Positions 36,801-51,215 of a stretch of 64,000 nt of DNA are shown here, piece by piece. Within the stretch, counting starts at the first letter, position 1; each line of letters begins with the position of its first letter. The translations under genes were made by a program, and so were the position numbers. The notes beneath the pieces are model-generated. The model had not been told where the DNA came from. It ran no database searches and saw only the letters and a list, made by a program, of their open reading frames with translations. Origin of the DNA: Geosiphon pyriformis uo1 (lineage: Eukaryota; Fungi; Glomeromycota); the NCBI GenBank assembly GCA_016748015.1, contig JAAOMT010000328.1, forward strand, positions 574,955 through 638,954, in the 5' to 3' direction.

Positions 36801-39800
36801 ATTAAAAGAGGAATAATTAATACAGAATATGTAGAAAATATTATTATAATGCTATAAAATGACTCAGAAAAAGAATATATTATTGAATTAAATAAAAAGA
36901 TAGCACAGACAATATTTTTTTTATCTCTGATTAAAATAGCTCAAATAGTATCAGTAAAAAATAGAGAGAAATTAAGAATGACAGCAAGAGGAATCAGTAA
37001 ATTTGGATTCATGGGTAGAATAAATATACCAGTTAATATGGCAAAGAAAAAAGTTATTGACAAAGAAAAAATTACCTCCATCTGTTAATCAATTTCTATT
37101 TCACCATATAACCAGTACATATTAGCTATAGAAAGGAAAATAAAAGATCAAGTTCAAATTTTTGAAGTAGAAACTACAATTTATAAATCAGAAAAAATTG
37201 GATTTACCAATCTTTACATACTAGCCAAAAGTCTTAAACACACAAAATTTCTATGTACAATACAATAGAAGAGATTATCGAAATACCAAAAAGAACTATC
37301 ATTGAATACTTAAACACCAAAGTTAAAAACCAACCACCAAGCACTATTTCAGATTTTCCACAACTATGTGAATATGTGGATATTACATTACAAACAATAT
37401 ACAAACAAGAAAAATATTATTTGCTCCAATCAGAACAATTGGAACGAATGTACTTAGAAAATCTAGACCCATTCCAACAAATGCAAATTAAGATGTTGCT
37501 TAACAATTTCATTAATATTTTCACAAGTGAAAATGAATTTGGTAGAATTAATATTATTTAACACCAGATCAAGACTAGAAATACAATGCCAATTAAACAA
37601 AGAGCATATAGAGTTTACCAACAAGTTATGAAATTATCTAACAAAAAATCAACCAGATGTTAGACAATGAGTTAATTCAACTATTAATGAATTCATAATC
37701 ATCACCAGTAGTATTAGTTCACAAGAAAAATAGAAAAATTCACTTTTGTATGAATTATAAAAAACTTAACAATATTATTCATGAAAACAGTTATTCAACT
37801 CCATGAATCCAGAAATTATTTGATACTTTTGAAGGAAAAAAATGGTTCTCCACATTAGATTTGGATAGTGATTACTGGCAGATAGCCATAAATTTAGCCA
37901 ACAAAGAAAAAACCACATTCACTACCAGAAAAAAGAATTTCGAATTTAAAGTTATGCCATTTGGCTTAACCAATGCTCCAGCCATATTTTAATAGCTTAT
38001 AGAAATTGTTTATACCAGACTGCTATAGAAATCAGTAGTTATATATTTGGATGACACCAATATGTTCTCAAGAACATTTGATGATTATTTGTATCATCTT
38101 TAGCAAGTGTTTAAAAGGTTAAAAAGAGCAAGATTGAAACTAAATGCAACCAAGTGCTTTTTTAGCAAAACAGAATTGAAATTTTTAAAACATGTCATAA
38201 GCAAAAACAGCATCAAGACAGATCCAAACAAGATTGAGATTGTCAAAAACTTTCTGGTATCAACAAATTTAACAGAACTACAAGCATTCTTGGAATTTGC
38301 TGAATATTACTGCTGTTTTATCCAAAACTTCTCCAAACTGGTTCAACCACTTTACTAACTTTAAGCCAAAAATGTAAAATACAAATGGACTAAAAAACAG
38401 CAAAAAGCTTTTGATACTTTAAAAAAAAAACTTATTTAAGCACTAGTATTGATCTATTCAGATTACAATAAGCCATTTATTATTACCACTAATACATCAA
38501 GTTAAATATTGAAAGCAGTATTATTACAAAAAAGACCAAACAGAAAAGAATACCCAGTAACATACATCAGCCAAAGTTTAAGTCCAGCTAAAAAAGACTA
38601 TGGAATATCAGTACTAAAACACTTAACTATCTATTGGACAGTTATGAAATAGAAAGAATACTTAAGTCAAAAATTCGACATATATACTGATTACAAAGAA
38701 TTGACATTAATCCAAAAGCAAAAATTTGGAAACAATTATCATATTAGATAGAAAATAAAACTTTTACCATTCAAATATACAGTACATTATAAAAAAGGAA
38801 AAAAAATGGAAATGCTGACAGCTTGTCACAAATAAGACAAATTTAAGAACATTTTAACTCAAAAATATAACAAAAAATAAATATATAAAAACATTAATAA
38901 CTCCAACACTATATTAATACTCAGCAGTTTAAAGAAAAATTATCTTAAAAAAAACAAAACAACATAAAACAACAATCAAAATATTTTCTTACTCACCAAA
39001 ATATATTATATCAAAAAAACAAAAAAGATCCAAATCAATTATTCAGAGTAATTACAGAATTAAAAAAAGAAACAATACTATATAACATGTATTTAAATCT
39101 GACAGCAGAACATTTTCATAAAAAAACAACCATGAAAAGAACCAAAAAAAAATATTATTGGCCATTAATATATCCAGACATTATCCAATATGTTTAAAAT
39201 TATAATGTTTGTCAGAAAAGAGAAGAAACAAGACTCAGTAAGCCACTAAGCCCAATTAAAGTGAAACAACCATTTGATAAAATTGGAATTGACTTAGTCA
39301 AACCATTAACAATAACCAGCAAAGACAATTGTTATATAGTAATAGCTATAAATTATCTTATAAAATGGCCAAAAGCAAAAGCAATTCAAAGAGCAAATGC
39401 AGAATTTATAGCTGAATTCGTTTACCAAGATCTAATTTGTCAACATAGATGTCCAAAAAAATTGGTATCAGATCAAGAAACTTACTTTGTAAACAGAACA
39501 TTAGCAGAATTAAGCCAAAGATTTGGAATTAAGAGACTATTATCATTATCATATTATCCACAAACAAATAATTTAGTTGAAAAGTTCAACAGAATATTGT
39601 GTGAAGCAATTACCAAAATCAGCCAAAAAAACCAAAATGAATGAAATTTGTTTATACCATCAGTATTATTTATTTATTAGATAATAAAGCAAAATACTAT
39701 ACAAACAATACTATTTGAACTTGTTTATAGTAGAACAGCAACTTTACCAGTTGAAATAAAAATTAATACATATCTAACTGAACCAATAAACAAAGCCAAT

Positions 39801-40294
39801 CTCCAAAGAACATTGCTAAAAAAAATATACAAACTAATAGAAACATTAAAAAACAAAAAATGAAAAGCAACTAATAACATTCAAAGATCACAAAAAAAAC
39901 AAAAAGAAAAACATAATAATTAATTACCAAATAAACCAGTTGAATTTAGAATTGAAGACAAAGTATTTTTACATTATACCAAAATAGAAAAACAATAGAG
40001 TGGAAAATTTGATCCCAAATGGAATGGACCATTTCACATTAAAGAAATTCTAAGAAATGGAGCTTACAAACTAAAATAGAACAATAAAATCTTAGCAAAA
40101 GCAGTACATAGAAATTGATTGAAACCATATTACAATATAATACTATCATCTACCAGTAATATTCTACAATTAGGAGTACAACAAATACTAATCTAACCAG
40201 ATAAGATCTCATGAAATTTAGAACCAATTATAAATATTGATTCAAATACATCAAATTGATTGACCAAAAGAGTATATAAAGACATAATATACAC

Positions 40295-41186
40295 TATTAC
40301 TTATAAAAAAACATACAAAAAAATAGTAAAAAAAACAGATAGACCAATAGAAAAATAGTAGTTAACACATAGGCACACTGCTTAGTGATGTAGAGCATTG
40401 TTAGAAATTATAGCACATTGTTTAGCAATGTAGAGCATTATCAAAAAATCATAGTATATTGTTCAGCAATATAGAACAATATTAGAAAATTAGAGCATAT
40501 GCTCAACAATATAAGTATTGTTCAAGAAATCATAACACATTGCTTGGGAATATGAGCAATCTTGTAGAACCCAAATTATGTATATATAGCAAGAGCATTA
40601 GAAGCAGAAAAACAAATCTAACAGAATAAAATCAGCAATATTAATAAAATAACTATTTATCATCCAAATTACTTTTTTTATTATCAACACTACATGTTGA
40701 TAGTATTCAATACTTAATTATACTGGAACAATAGTTTTTAATCATGGCTATTGATGGGATACTAATTCTTTATTGCCTTGGCTTATTTCTTTATTTTCTT
40801 TTCTTTTCTTTTATTTTTGTTTATTGTTGTATACTAATTGATTAAGGATTAAATACTGAATTATTGACATTAAAAATAACCTGGTAAAAGACCCATAAAA
40901 TAAGAGTAGGGAACTTGGAAATTGAGGATAGCTTACCAGAAAGGCATAACTGTTAGAATAAACCAGCCATCACACTGAAAAAAAAATTTGACAGAATTGT
41001 GATTCTAAAAGACTATTAAAACAATCATTGAATTTTTATTCATTATACAAAAAACTCAACCAAAACCTTTAGATACCAAAACCTTCAGATACCAAAACCT
41101 TCAGAAAAAATCAATTGTAACCACTATTAAGCACCAAGTTATAAGTTTGTTATTTAATTTAAGACCCCAAATAATTACCTGTAACA
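40295..41186 (+). repeat. Family A solo LTR inserted at the start of A2 ORF3
   Basis: TSD ACAC/ATAC; the uninterrupted site is visible in A3 at about 48455. Confidence 0.92.
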
Positions 41187-41587
41187 ATACAACAAAAAAA
41201 CTAAAGAAAATAAAAATACCAGACCATATCTATACTTTAATTCAACAATTATTTTAGGTCTTAAATTAACAACAATTGGACATAAAAATTACTATCAACC
41301 ACCAAACAATCTGCTATTGAAACACCAAACAAAAAAAAAATATACTATATTAGCAACCACAGAACCAACTAAGAAGCTGGTCAAATAAAATAGTAAAAAA
41401 AGTGAAAAACACTTTTGAGAAAATACCCATCATGGTTCCAACAGAAGAACTTTTAAAAAAAAATTGGAAACAGTGAATAGAACAATTTCTAATACCATAC
41501 TACTATTATTAGTTAGGACAAAAGTTGAATATTCAGAAGTTATATCTTAATAAAGCCAAAAAAATATTCAATTAAGAGATAATACAG

Positions 41588-42351
41588 TATTACAGGAGAG
41601 TTTTTTTGGTATATTTTAATTTTTAATATCCCATTTTAATTGCAATCAGTCTTTCATGAGTTCCTCAATTTTATGTATTAGATATTAATGATAATATACT
41701 GAAAGTTTTTTCTTAATGTTGTGATGTAAGTCTTTCTTTAATTCTAATTGTTTTTTTATGTTGTGTACTTCTTTTCAGAGGCTAATCTGAAATTTATCCA
41801 CTGTTTGGGGTCTTTTCTGAGGCTATTCTTACAATTGCCTGATGTGTTTTTCTAATCTAGAAACACAGAATATTAATGACTTTTTTGCAATTTTTCTAAG
41901 TATATAATAAAGCTTTTTCAATTTAATTAATAATCATGTGAATAATTTTGATCAGGAATTATTCTTCCAAAGGGTTCAAAAATAGAATGATAGTTTCATT
42001 TGCTAGAGAAGATATGTGAATTTTTGTAATTGTGATGTTAATTTTATTTATTATTTTTATTAATTCTTTTTGAATAAGATTTTATTTAGATATTTGTTGC
42101 TTTGAGTTGAAGCTGTTCAATTTTTCATTATTAAAAACTATTGTATATATATATAATTATTGTTTTACAAAATAATATCTTGTAATACTCTATTTCTATT
42201 ATTTCTAAATAGTGCTTGCTAGTATTGCATGGTAGTGCTTACTGTTATTTGTAAATTATTTCTTTTTCTTTTTATAAATTGTTGCTGTGCTATTTTATAA
42301 TTAGCTAATTTATGTTATTTATAATTCTTATTAAATTCTTGAACTGTAACA
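41588..42351 (-). repeat. Solo LTR of a further family (764 bp) inside A2 ORF3
   Basis: Termini TATTACAG...CTGTAACA, TSD ACAG/ATGA; absent from the homologous A3 site at about 48858. Orientation inferred from U3-end similarity. Confidence 0.8.
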
Positions 42352-42623
42352 ATGATATATTAAAGACATTATTGGAAAGAAAACAAATTTGACACTACAC
42401 ATTAAAACAATCTATCAATTATACACAATATTTTAAAACTACCCAGAAATATTGTTACATCCTAAAATGAAGACAATAACTATTAACCAGTAGAAAAAAA
42501 TAAACAACTTGCAAATCGAAGATATAAGAAGCAGAATTGAACAAACAATATTAGAGAAAAAAGTTATGAATCTAATTCAAAATAAAGATTTCAATAAAAC
42601 TCAATATTAAAAGAAGGAGATAA

Positions 42624-43519
42624 TATTATTCGTAAAAAAAGCATACAAAAAAATAGTAAAAAAACAGATAGACCAATAAAAGAATAGTAGTTAACACATG
42701 AGCACATTGCTTAGTAATGTGAAGCATTGTTAAGAATTACAGCATATTATTTAGCAATATGAAGCAATATCAAAAAATCATGACACATTGCTTAAGAAAT
42801 TATAGCACATTGCTTGAAAATGTGAATGATCTTGTAGAACTCAAATTATGTATATATAAAAAGAGCATTAAAAACAAAAAAGACAGAATTCCCAGCTAGA
42901 ATTAATAACAAAACTACTCTGTTAAGACATTTTAGTTAGAATCATCAATATCAATAAAATAATTATTTACTATCTAAATTACTCTTCTTATTATTAACAC
43001 TTTATGTTGATAATATTCAATACTTGATCACACTAAAACAATAGCTCTTAATTATAACTATTGACAAGATACTAACTTTTCTTGTTTTGGCTTATTTCTT
43101 CATTTTTTTTTCTTTATTTTCTTTTATTTTCTTTTTTTGTTTTTGCTGTTAATTTACTAATTGATTAAAAGATTAATGCATAAGATACTAGTATTAAGAT
43201 ATAGTACTAGTAAAAAACCCAGGAATAAGAGTAGACACTCAGATTTAAGAATAACTTACCAGGAAATTGCTGGCCACCATGCCCAGAAAAAAATTGATGA
43301 AATTGCAATTTCAGAAAACAATGGATAACAACAAATACTTGAATCTTTGTTTATTATACAAAAAACTTCACCAAAATCTTTAGATTAACCAAAGTCTTCA
43401 GATTAATCAAAGCCTTCAAATTAACCAAAACCTTCAGATATTACCAACAAAATTAGCTATTGAGCACCAAGTTACAGGTTTGTTATTTGATTTGAGACTC
43501 TAAATAATTATCTGTAACA
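42624..43519 (+). repeat. 3' LTR of A2
   Basis: Follows the PPT, ends CTGTAACA, flanked by GCAC. Confidence 0.92.
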
Positions 43520-46500
43520 GCACTCATAAAGGTTTTTATTATGGAAACCACCCAGTACCAAGCTCTAATTGGTAATGATTAGCTGTTCAAAACCAACACC
43601 ATACTTAACTAGACTACTCAAAAATTGCAATTTAGCCAAAATAATCAGCAAACTTTAGTACCAACCACTTGCAGTTATTTTAAACTCAACATTATACTGG
43701 CACCACTTATAGAATTTAAGAAAGAGGAAAAAAAACTTACTTGAGAAGCCTATCAAGTTTCATGGACTGACATTAACTACAACAATCTACCACCAGTACC
43801 TATATAAAAAGAAAAGAAAAAAAGAAAAAAAAGAGAAAAAAAACTCCAAGCAACTACTTTTACATATACACTATACATTACTACCACTCAATCACAGCCA
43901 AACTATTGTTGATCCAAGCTAATTTGTGTCAATTGTAATAAGAAATTGTTAATAATAGGCACATGTTGTGGCAACAATGAAGAATGATTAATGGCCATGA
44001 AATACTACTGCCACTTATGTATTTTTAAACACTTTAAACAACCAAAATAACAAGGCAAATGAGACAATAAACCATGTCTTGCATGTGGAACAATTTTTCC
44101 TGATAAAAAAATATGAAATGACATTCTTGGACAAGAAAAAACATGTAACAAGATGTATCAATACACAATTTTGATCAATGATTAGATACAAAAAGAGACT
44201 CCAATTAATAATATCTAGAAACAAGCATTATAATGCCTAAAGAGATACCCACATGATAAACACAAAATCTGGAAAATGACAAATGCCAAGATTGAAAGTA
44301 CTACTCCCAGCAAACTGCTGAAAATTAAGAATAATTTTCTTATATTATCTGAATCAGAATACATCTTCACTTTTGATGTCTTTGATAACATTAAAGACAA
44401 TTCAAAACACTTTTATGAATATTATTAAAACTTGGCACCTATATAAGAGAAGCAAAAACAGCATTTAGAAAAATTAAACATTTGACTATGTAATTATTGT
44501 TTAATTCCATGTGACTTTTAGTATTGTGATAAGTATAACCTTATCTACAATCTACCATCATAAATGATCTATTTAATCTCCAAAGAGGAAGAGCCAATTG
44601 GCAAATGCACAGCAGAATCAAAATTAAAATTCAATTCTGATTCAAATTCTGACAATAACAACAATAATAATAGTTTTAGCTCTGTTCAATATGGCAATAA
44701 TAACAGCAAAAATTCAAACTCTGATTCATCTTCAGAACAATATATTGCACTCCTTGATCTTTCAAAGGAGCAAGAACTCAAATGGTTCAGCAATAATAAT
44801 AAAGATATTATGCCAGAATGTGTATATAATACTAATATAGAGTTTGACTTAAAATATTCAGGAAAAGATGCCATCAAATTAGAACCACATTTATGCACTT
44901 GCATTGATCTGAAAGTAGCACTGAAAATTCCAGCAACAACAATAGTTTAATTGGCATCTAAATTTAATTTAGCAAAAAAGGGAATCAACATCAAAAAAAG
45001 AATAATTAATGCAGGATATATAGAAAATATTATTGCAATACTACAAAATAATTCGGAAAAAGAATATGTAATTGAATCAAATGAAAAGATAGCACAAGCA
45101 ATATTTCTACTTTTAGTAAAAATAGCTTAGTTAGTATTAGTGGGAACAAGAAAAGAATTAGGGATTACAGACAAAAGAAAAAATGGATTTAAATTTATAA
45201 ATAAAATAGATATACCAGTTAATATGACAAAAGAAAAAATTATTAACAAGAAAAAAATTATCTCCACCTATCAATCAATTTTTATCCCATCATATAACCA
45301 GTATTTAATAGTTATAGAAAGAAAAATGAAAGATCAACCCCAAATTTTTGAAGCAGAAGCCACTATTTGTAAATCAGAAAAGATTGCTATCATCAACTTC
45401 TATATACCAGCTAAAAGTCACAAGCACATTAAAATTCTCATCTATAATACAACTGGAGACATCATCAAAATACCAAAAGAAACTATCATTGGATATCTAA
45501 GCACTGAAATTGAAGACCAATCACCAAGCATCATACCAGATTTTTTACAACTGTGTAAATATGTAAATATCACATCACAAACAATATACAGACAAGAAAA
45601 ATGTTATTTGCTCCAATCAGAACAATTAGAACAAATAAACTTGGGAAATTTAGACCCACTTCAACAAATACAACTCAAGATATTGCTTAACAATTTTACT
45701 AATATCTTCACAAATAAAAACAAATTTGGTAGAACTGACATTATTCAACACCAAATCAATACTGAAGACACAATGTCAATTAAACAAAGAACATACAAAG
45801 TACTACTAGTAAGTCATGAAATTATCTGACAGAAAATCAACCAAATGTTGAACAATAAGTTAATTTAACTATTAATGAGTTCATGATTATCACCAGTAGT
45901 ACTAGTTTGCAAGAAGAATAGAAAAATTCACTTTTGTGTGAATTACAGAAAGCTTAACAGTATTACTCATAAAAACAGTTATTCAATTCTATAAATCCAG
46001 GAATTATTTAACACTTTTGGAGAAAAAAAATGGTTTTTTACTTTGGATTTGAATAATAATTACTGGCAAGTAGCCATAAAACCAGAAGACAAAAAAAAAA
46101 CTGCATTTACTACAAGAGAAAAAAATTTCAAATTTGAAATAATGCCATTTAATGTTCCAACCACTTTCCAACAACTTATGAAAATTGTTTATACTGGATT
46201 GTTATAGAAATTAGTAGTTGTTTATTTGAATAACACCAATGTATTTTCTAAAACATTCAATGATTATCTTTATTATCTACAGCAAGTGTTTAAGAAACTC
46301 AAATGAGCCAAATTGAAACTAAATGCAAACAAATATTTCTTTGGCAAAACAGAATTGAAATTTTTGGGACATGTTATAAGCAAAGATGGTATCAAAACAG
46401 ATCCAAATAAAATTGAGATAGTTAAAAACTTTCCAATACCAACAAATTTAATGAAACTACAAGCATTCTTGGGATTTGCTGAATACTACTACTGCTTTAT

Positions 46501-49500
46501 CCAGAACTTTTTAAAAATAATTCAATCACTTTACCAGCTCCAAGCCAAAAATGTAAAATATAAATATACAGAAATCCAACAAAAAGCTTTTAATATACTA
46601 AGAAGAAAGCTCATTCAAGTGCCAGTATTGATCTATTTAGATTACAGCAAGTCATTTATTATTACAACTAATGTATCTGGTTAAGCATTAGAAGCAGTAC
46701 TATTACAGAGAGGACTGAATGAAAAAAAAACATTCAGTAGTTTATGCTAGTTACAGCTTAAATTCAGCTGAAAAGAACTATAGAACACTAGCACTAAAAC
46801 ACTTAGTTATCTATTAGGCAGTTATAAAATAGAAGGAATACTTAAGCCAAAAATTTGACATATATACTAATTACAAAGGATTAACATCAATCCAAAAACA
46901 AAAATTTGGAGATACCATCATACCAGATAAAAAATAAAACTTTCACCATTCAAATATACAGTACATTATAAAAAAAAAAATGAAAATGCTGACAGTTTGT
47001 TGCAAATGAAACAAATCTAAGAACATTCAACCCAAAAATATAACAAAAAATAAATATACAAAAATATTAACAACTTTAGCAATATATTAATACTCAGTAG
47101 TTCAAGGAAAAATTATCTTAAAAAGAATAAAACAACATAAAACAACAATCAAAATATTTTATCACTTACCAAAATATACTATATCAAAAAAACAGAAATA
47201 ATCCAGATTAATTACTTAAAGTAATTACTAAATCAGAAAAAGAAACAATACTATATAACATGCATTCAAATTTAACAACAGAACATTTTCATAAAAAAGC
47301 AACCATAGAAAGAACCAGAAAAAAATATTATTGGCCATCAATATATCTAGACATTATCTAATACATTCAAAATTGTAATGCTTGTCAAAGAAAAGAAGAA
47401 ACAAAACTCAAAAAACTACTAAGACCAATTAAAGTGGAACAACTATTTAATAAAATTAGAACTGACTTAGTTAGATCATTAACAATAACCAGCAGAAGCA
47501 ACCATTATGTAGCAGTAATTATAGACTATCTTACAAAATAGCCAGAGATAAAAGCAATTCAAAGAGCAGATGCAAAATCTATAGCCAAATTTATTCATTA
47601 AAATTTGATTTGCCAATACAGATGTCTAAAAAAATTGTTATTAAATCAAAAAACTCATTTTGTAAACAGAACACTAATGGAATTAAACCAAAAATTTGGA
47701 ATCAAAAGACTATTATTATTACCATATTATTTACAAACAAATAGTTTAGTTGAAAAATTTAACAAAATATTGTGTAAAGCAATTACTAAAATCAGTCAAA
47801 AAAACCAGAATGAATAAGATTTGTTTATACTATTAGTACTATTTGCTTATTAAACAATAAAGCAATATACCACACAAGCAACACCATTTGAATTTGTTTA
47901 TAGTAGAACAGCAACTTTACCAGTTAAGATAAAAGTTAATACATATCTAACTGAACCAATAAATGAAGCCAATTTCCAAAAAACATTGCTAAAAAGAATA
48001 TACAAACTAATGGAAACATTAGAAAACAAAAGATGAAAAGCAGCTGATAACATTCAAAGATTACAAGAAAAACAAAAAGAAAGACATAATAATCAATTAC
48101 CAAATAAACCAGTTGAATTCAAGATTAGAAACAAAGTATTTTTGTATTGTACCAAAGTGAAAAAACAATGGAGTAGAAAATTTGACCCCAAATGGGACAG
48201 ACCATTTCACATAGAAGAAATTCTAAGAAATAGAGCTTATAAATTAAAATAAACAACAAATTCTTAACCAAAACAGCACATGGTAATTGACTAAAACCAT
48301 ATTATAATATAGTACTATTATTAATAATATTTTACAACTAGGAGTACAACAAATATTAGTTCAAGCAAATAAGATCTCATGAGATTTGGAACCAATTATA
48401 ATTATTGATTCAAATGCATCAAATTAATTGACCAAAAAAGTATATAAAGACATGATATATGTGACAAAAAAACCAAAGAAAATAGAAATACCAGACTATA
48501 TTTACATCATAGCTTAACAATTATTTCAAGCCTTAAATCAACAACAATTAAAAATGGAAATTACCATTAATTACTAAACAATCTGCTATCAAAACACCAA
48601 ACAAAAAAAAAATACACCATACCAACAATTACAGAACCAACCAAGTAACTGGTTAGATAAAATAGTAGAAAAAGTAAAGAACACTTTTGGGAAAATACTC
48701 ATCATGGTTCCAATAGAAGAACTTTCAAAAAAAAATTGAAAACAATAAATAGAACAACTTTTAATATTATACTGTTACTATTAATTGGAACAAAAAGTGG
48801 ATATTCAGAAGTTATATCTTAATAAAGCCAAAAAAATATTCAATCAAGAGATAATACAGAATATTAAAGACATTATTGAAAAGAAAACAAATCTAACACT
48901 ATATATTAGAACAATCTATTAATTATACACAATATTTTAAAACTACCCAAAAATATTGTTACACTCTAACATGAAGACAATAATCATTAACCAGTAAGGG
49001 AGAATGAACAATTCATAAATCAAAGATATAAGAAGCAGAGTTGAACAAACAATATTAGAAAGGAAAGTTATAAACCTAATTCAAAATGAAGATTTTAATA
49101 AAGCTTAATATTAAAAAGGAGAAGATAATATTACTCATAGAAAAAGCATATAAAAAACAGTAAAAAAAACAAATAAACCAATAAAAGAATAGTAGTTAAC
49201 ACATGAACACATTGTTTAGCAATATGGAGCATTGTCAAAAATTTTGGCATATTGTTCAACAATATAGAGCAATATCAGAAAATTATAACATATCACTCAA
49301 CAATATAAGCATTGCTTAAGAAATTATAGCACATTGCTCGAGAATGTAAGTGATCTTATAGAACCTAAATTATGTATATATAGTAAGAGTATTAAAAAGA
49401 GAATTAATATTAAGATCTCTTAGTTAAAACCATTAGAATTATCAATATTAATAAATAATTATTTACGATTTAAATAACTTTCCTCATTATTAACACTTCA

Positions 49501-49960
49501 TGTTGATAGTATTCAATACTTAATTACACTGGAACAATAGTTCTTAATTATGACTATTGACAGGATACTAACATAAATTGCTTTGGCTTAAATTTCTTTA
49601 TTTTCTTTTCTTTTTTTTATTTTTCTTTTATTGTTATATATTAATTAATTCAGAATTAAGTACTGAGTTATTAACATTAGGATATAGCACTAGTAAAAAA
49701 CCCAGAAATAAGAGTAGACACTCAGATTTAAGGATAGTTTATCAGAAGATTGTTGGCTATTATGCTGAGAAAAAAATTAATGGAATTGCAATTCTGGGAG
49801 ATGACTGAAACAACAATTGAATCTCTGTCCATTATACAAAAAACTTTACTAAAACCTTCAAATTACCAAAACCTTCAGATATTACCAATAAGATCAGCTA
49901 TTAAGCACCAAGTTATGAGTTTGTTATTTGATTTGAGACCTCAAATAATCATCTGTAACA
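43520..49960 (+). mobile_element. Family A copy A3 (from protease to 3' LTR 49129-49960); host of A2
   Basis: ORFs 44564-44950, 45140-45829, 46313-46684 and 47605-47817; uninterrupted ORF3 region at about 48480-49110. Confidence 0.93.
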
Positions 49961-51215
49961 GTAAATAAGTAATTTTGTAAAAGTGTAGTGTGTTAAAGTA
50001 GTTCACTAAAAAAATAGTTGAAAACAGATTCTGAATTTTTTTGTTCTCCCAAGTAGTATATAATTTGTTTGTTAATGTAACAATTGAAAGCTGATTCTGC
50101 TGGCCAACTATTATTTGTCAATTCGAAATGATTTTGGTAATATTAAAATAAGAATTTCATAAATTCAAGTAGTTTGTTCCTATTTCTTCTGATTCTGTTA
50201 CTGTTTCAAATGGTTGTAGTTGGTGCTGGTTTTCTGTTGGATTATATCTTACAGGAAGCACCAAATATTACAGGTAATTATTTGAAGTCTGAAAACAAAT
50301 AACAAATCTGTAACTTGGTGTTTAATAGCTGTTATAGTGTTGGTTTTTAAAGGTTTTTGATTATCTAAAGATTTTGGTTAAGTCTTTTATATAATAAACA
50401 GAGATTCAATGTTAAAATTCTGTGGTAATGTTTCTAGTTTTTTCTTCAACTTTCGAGTTGGTGTGCTTGGTTGTCTATCACTTTTCAGAATATCTATATT
50501 CTGTCAATTTTTTTCTCAGCTTGATGACTGGTAATTTTCTGGTAAGCTATCCTCAATTTTAAGTGTTTACTCTTATTTCTGGGTCTTTTACTAGTGCTAT
50601 ATCTTGACATTAGTATCTTACATATTAATCTTTTAATCAATTAGTAAATTCACAATAAAACAAAAGAAAAAAAAAGAAGTAAAAAAAATAAAGAAAATAA
50701 TAAAAAAAGAAATGAGATAAGCCAAGGCAAAAAAAAGTAAATATTCCATTAATAACCATAATCAAGAGCTATTGTTCTAGCATAGTTAAGTATCAATAAT
50801 TATCAACATGGATTGTTGACAAATGAAAAGATGAATTGCAATATTTGATATTTCTACTTTAAGTCATAGAATATTATCATATAAAGAGATGGATATGAGA
50901 TTGGAACTGGAAGTTCTAAATTAAAAATTCTAATGAAGAATTTCGTCTTTTTTGCTTTTAACACTACTGTTATATATACATAAATTTTGTTATACAAAAT
51001 TTTTTGAATTTTTTAATTCTCTAGCCAGAAATTCTGTAATTTTTTGAGAGAAATCCTAGAATTCTGGAATTCTACGATTCCTTATACTGAAATCCTGTAA
51101 TTCTGGAATTCTGCAATTCCTTTGAGAAGAATTCTGGAATTCTACTTATACTATGTCTTATTTTAATTGACTAATTTATGTACTAATATATAATTCCTAT
51201 ATTTTATAAGTAATA
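49961..51215 (-). mobile_element. Family A copy A4: 5' LTR (50266-51215), PBS (50246-50263) and gag start; host of A3
   Basis: Colinear with A1 14140-15314. Confidence 0.9.

Larger units (their letters stand above)
33821..43519 (+). mobile_element. Family A copy A2 (5'-truncated in gag; PR, Cys, dUTPase, RT, RH, IN, ORF3, 3' LTR 42624-43519)
   Basis: CHNCGKQ.H knuckle at about 34485, ORFs 34930-35373 (PR) and 36375-36857 (dUTPase), YLDD at about 38044, IN 39261-39644, PPT AAGAAGGAGA. Confidence 0.93.
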
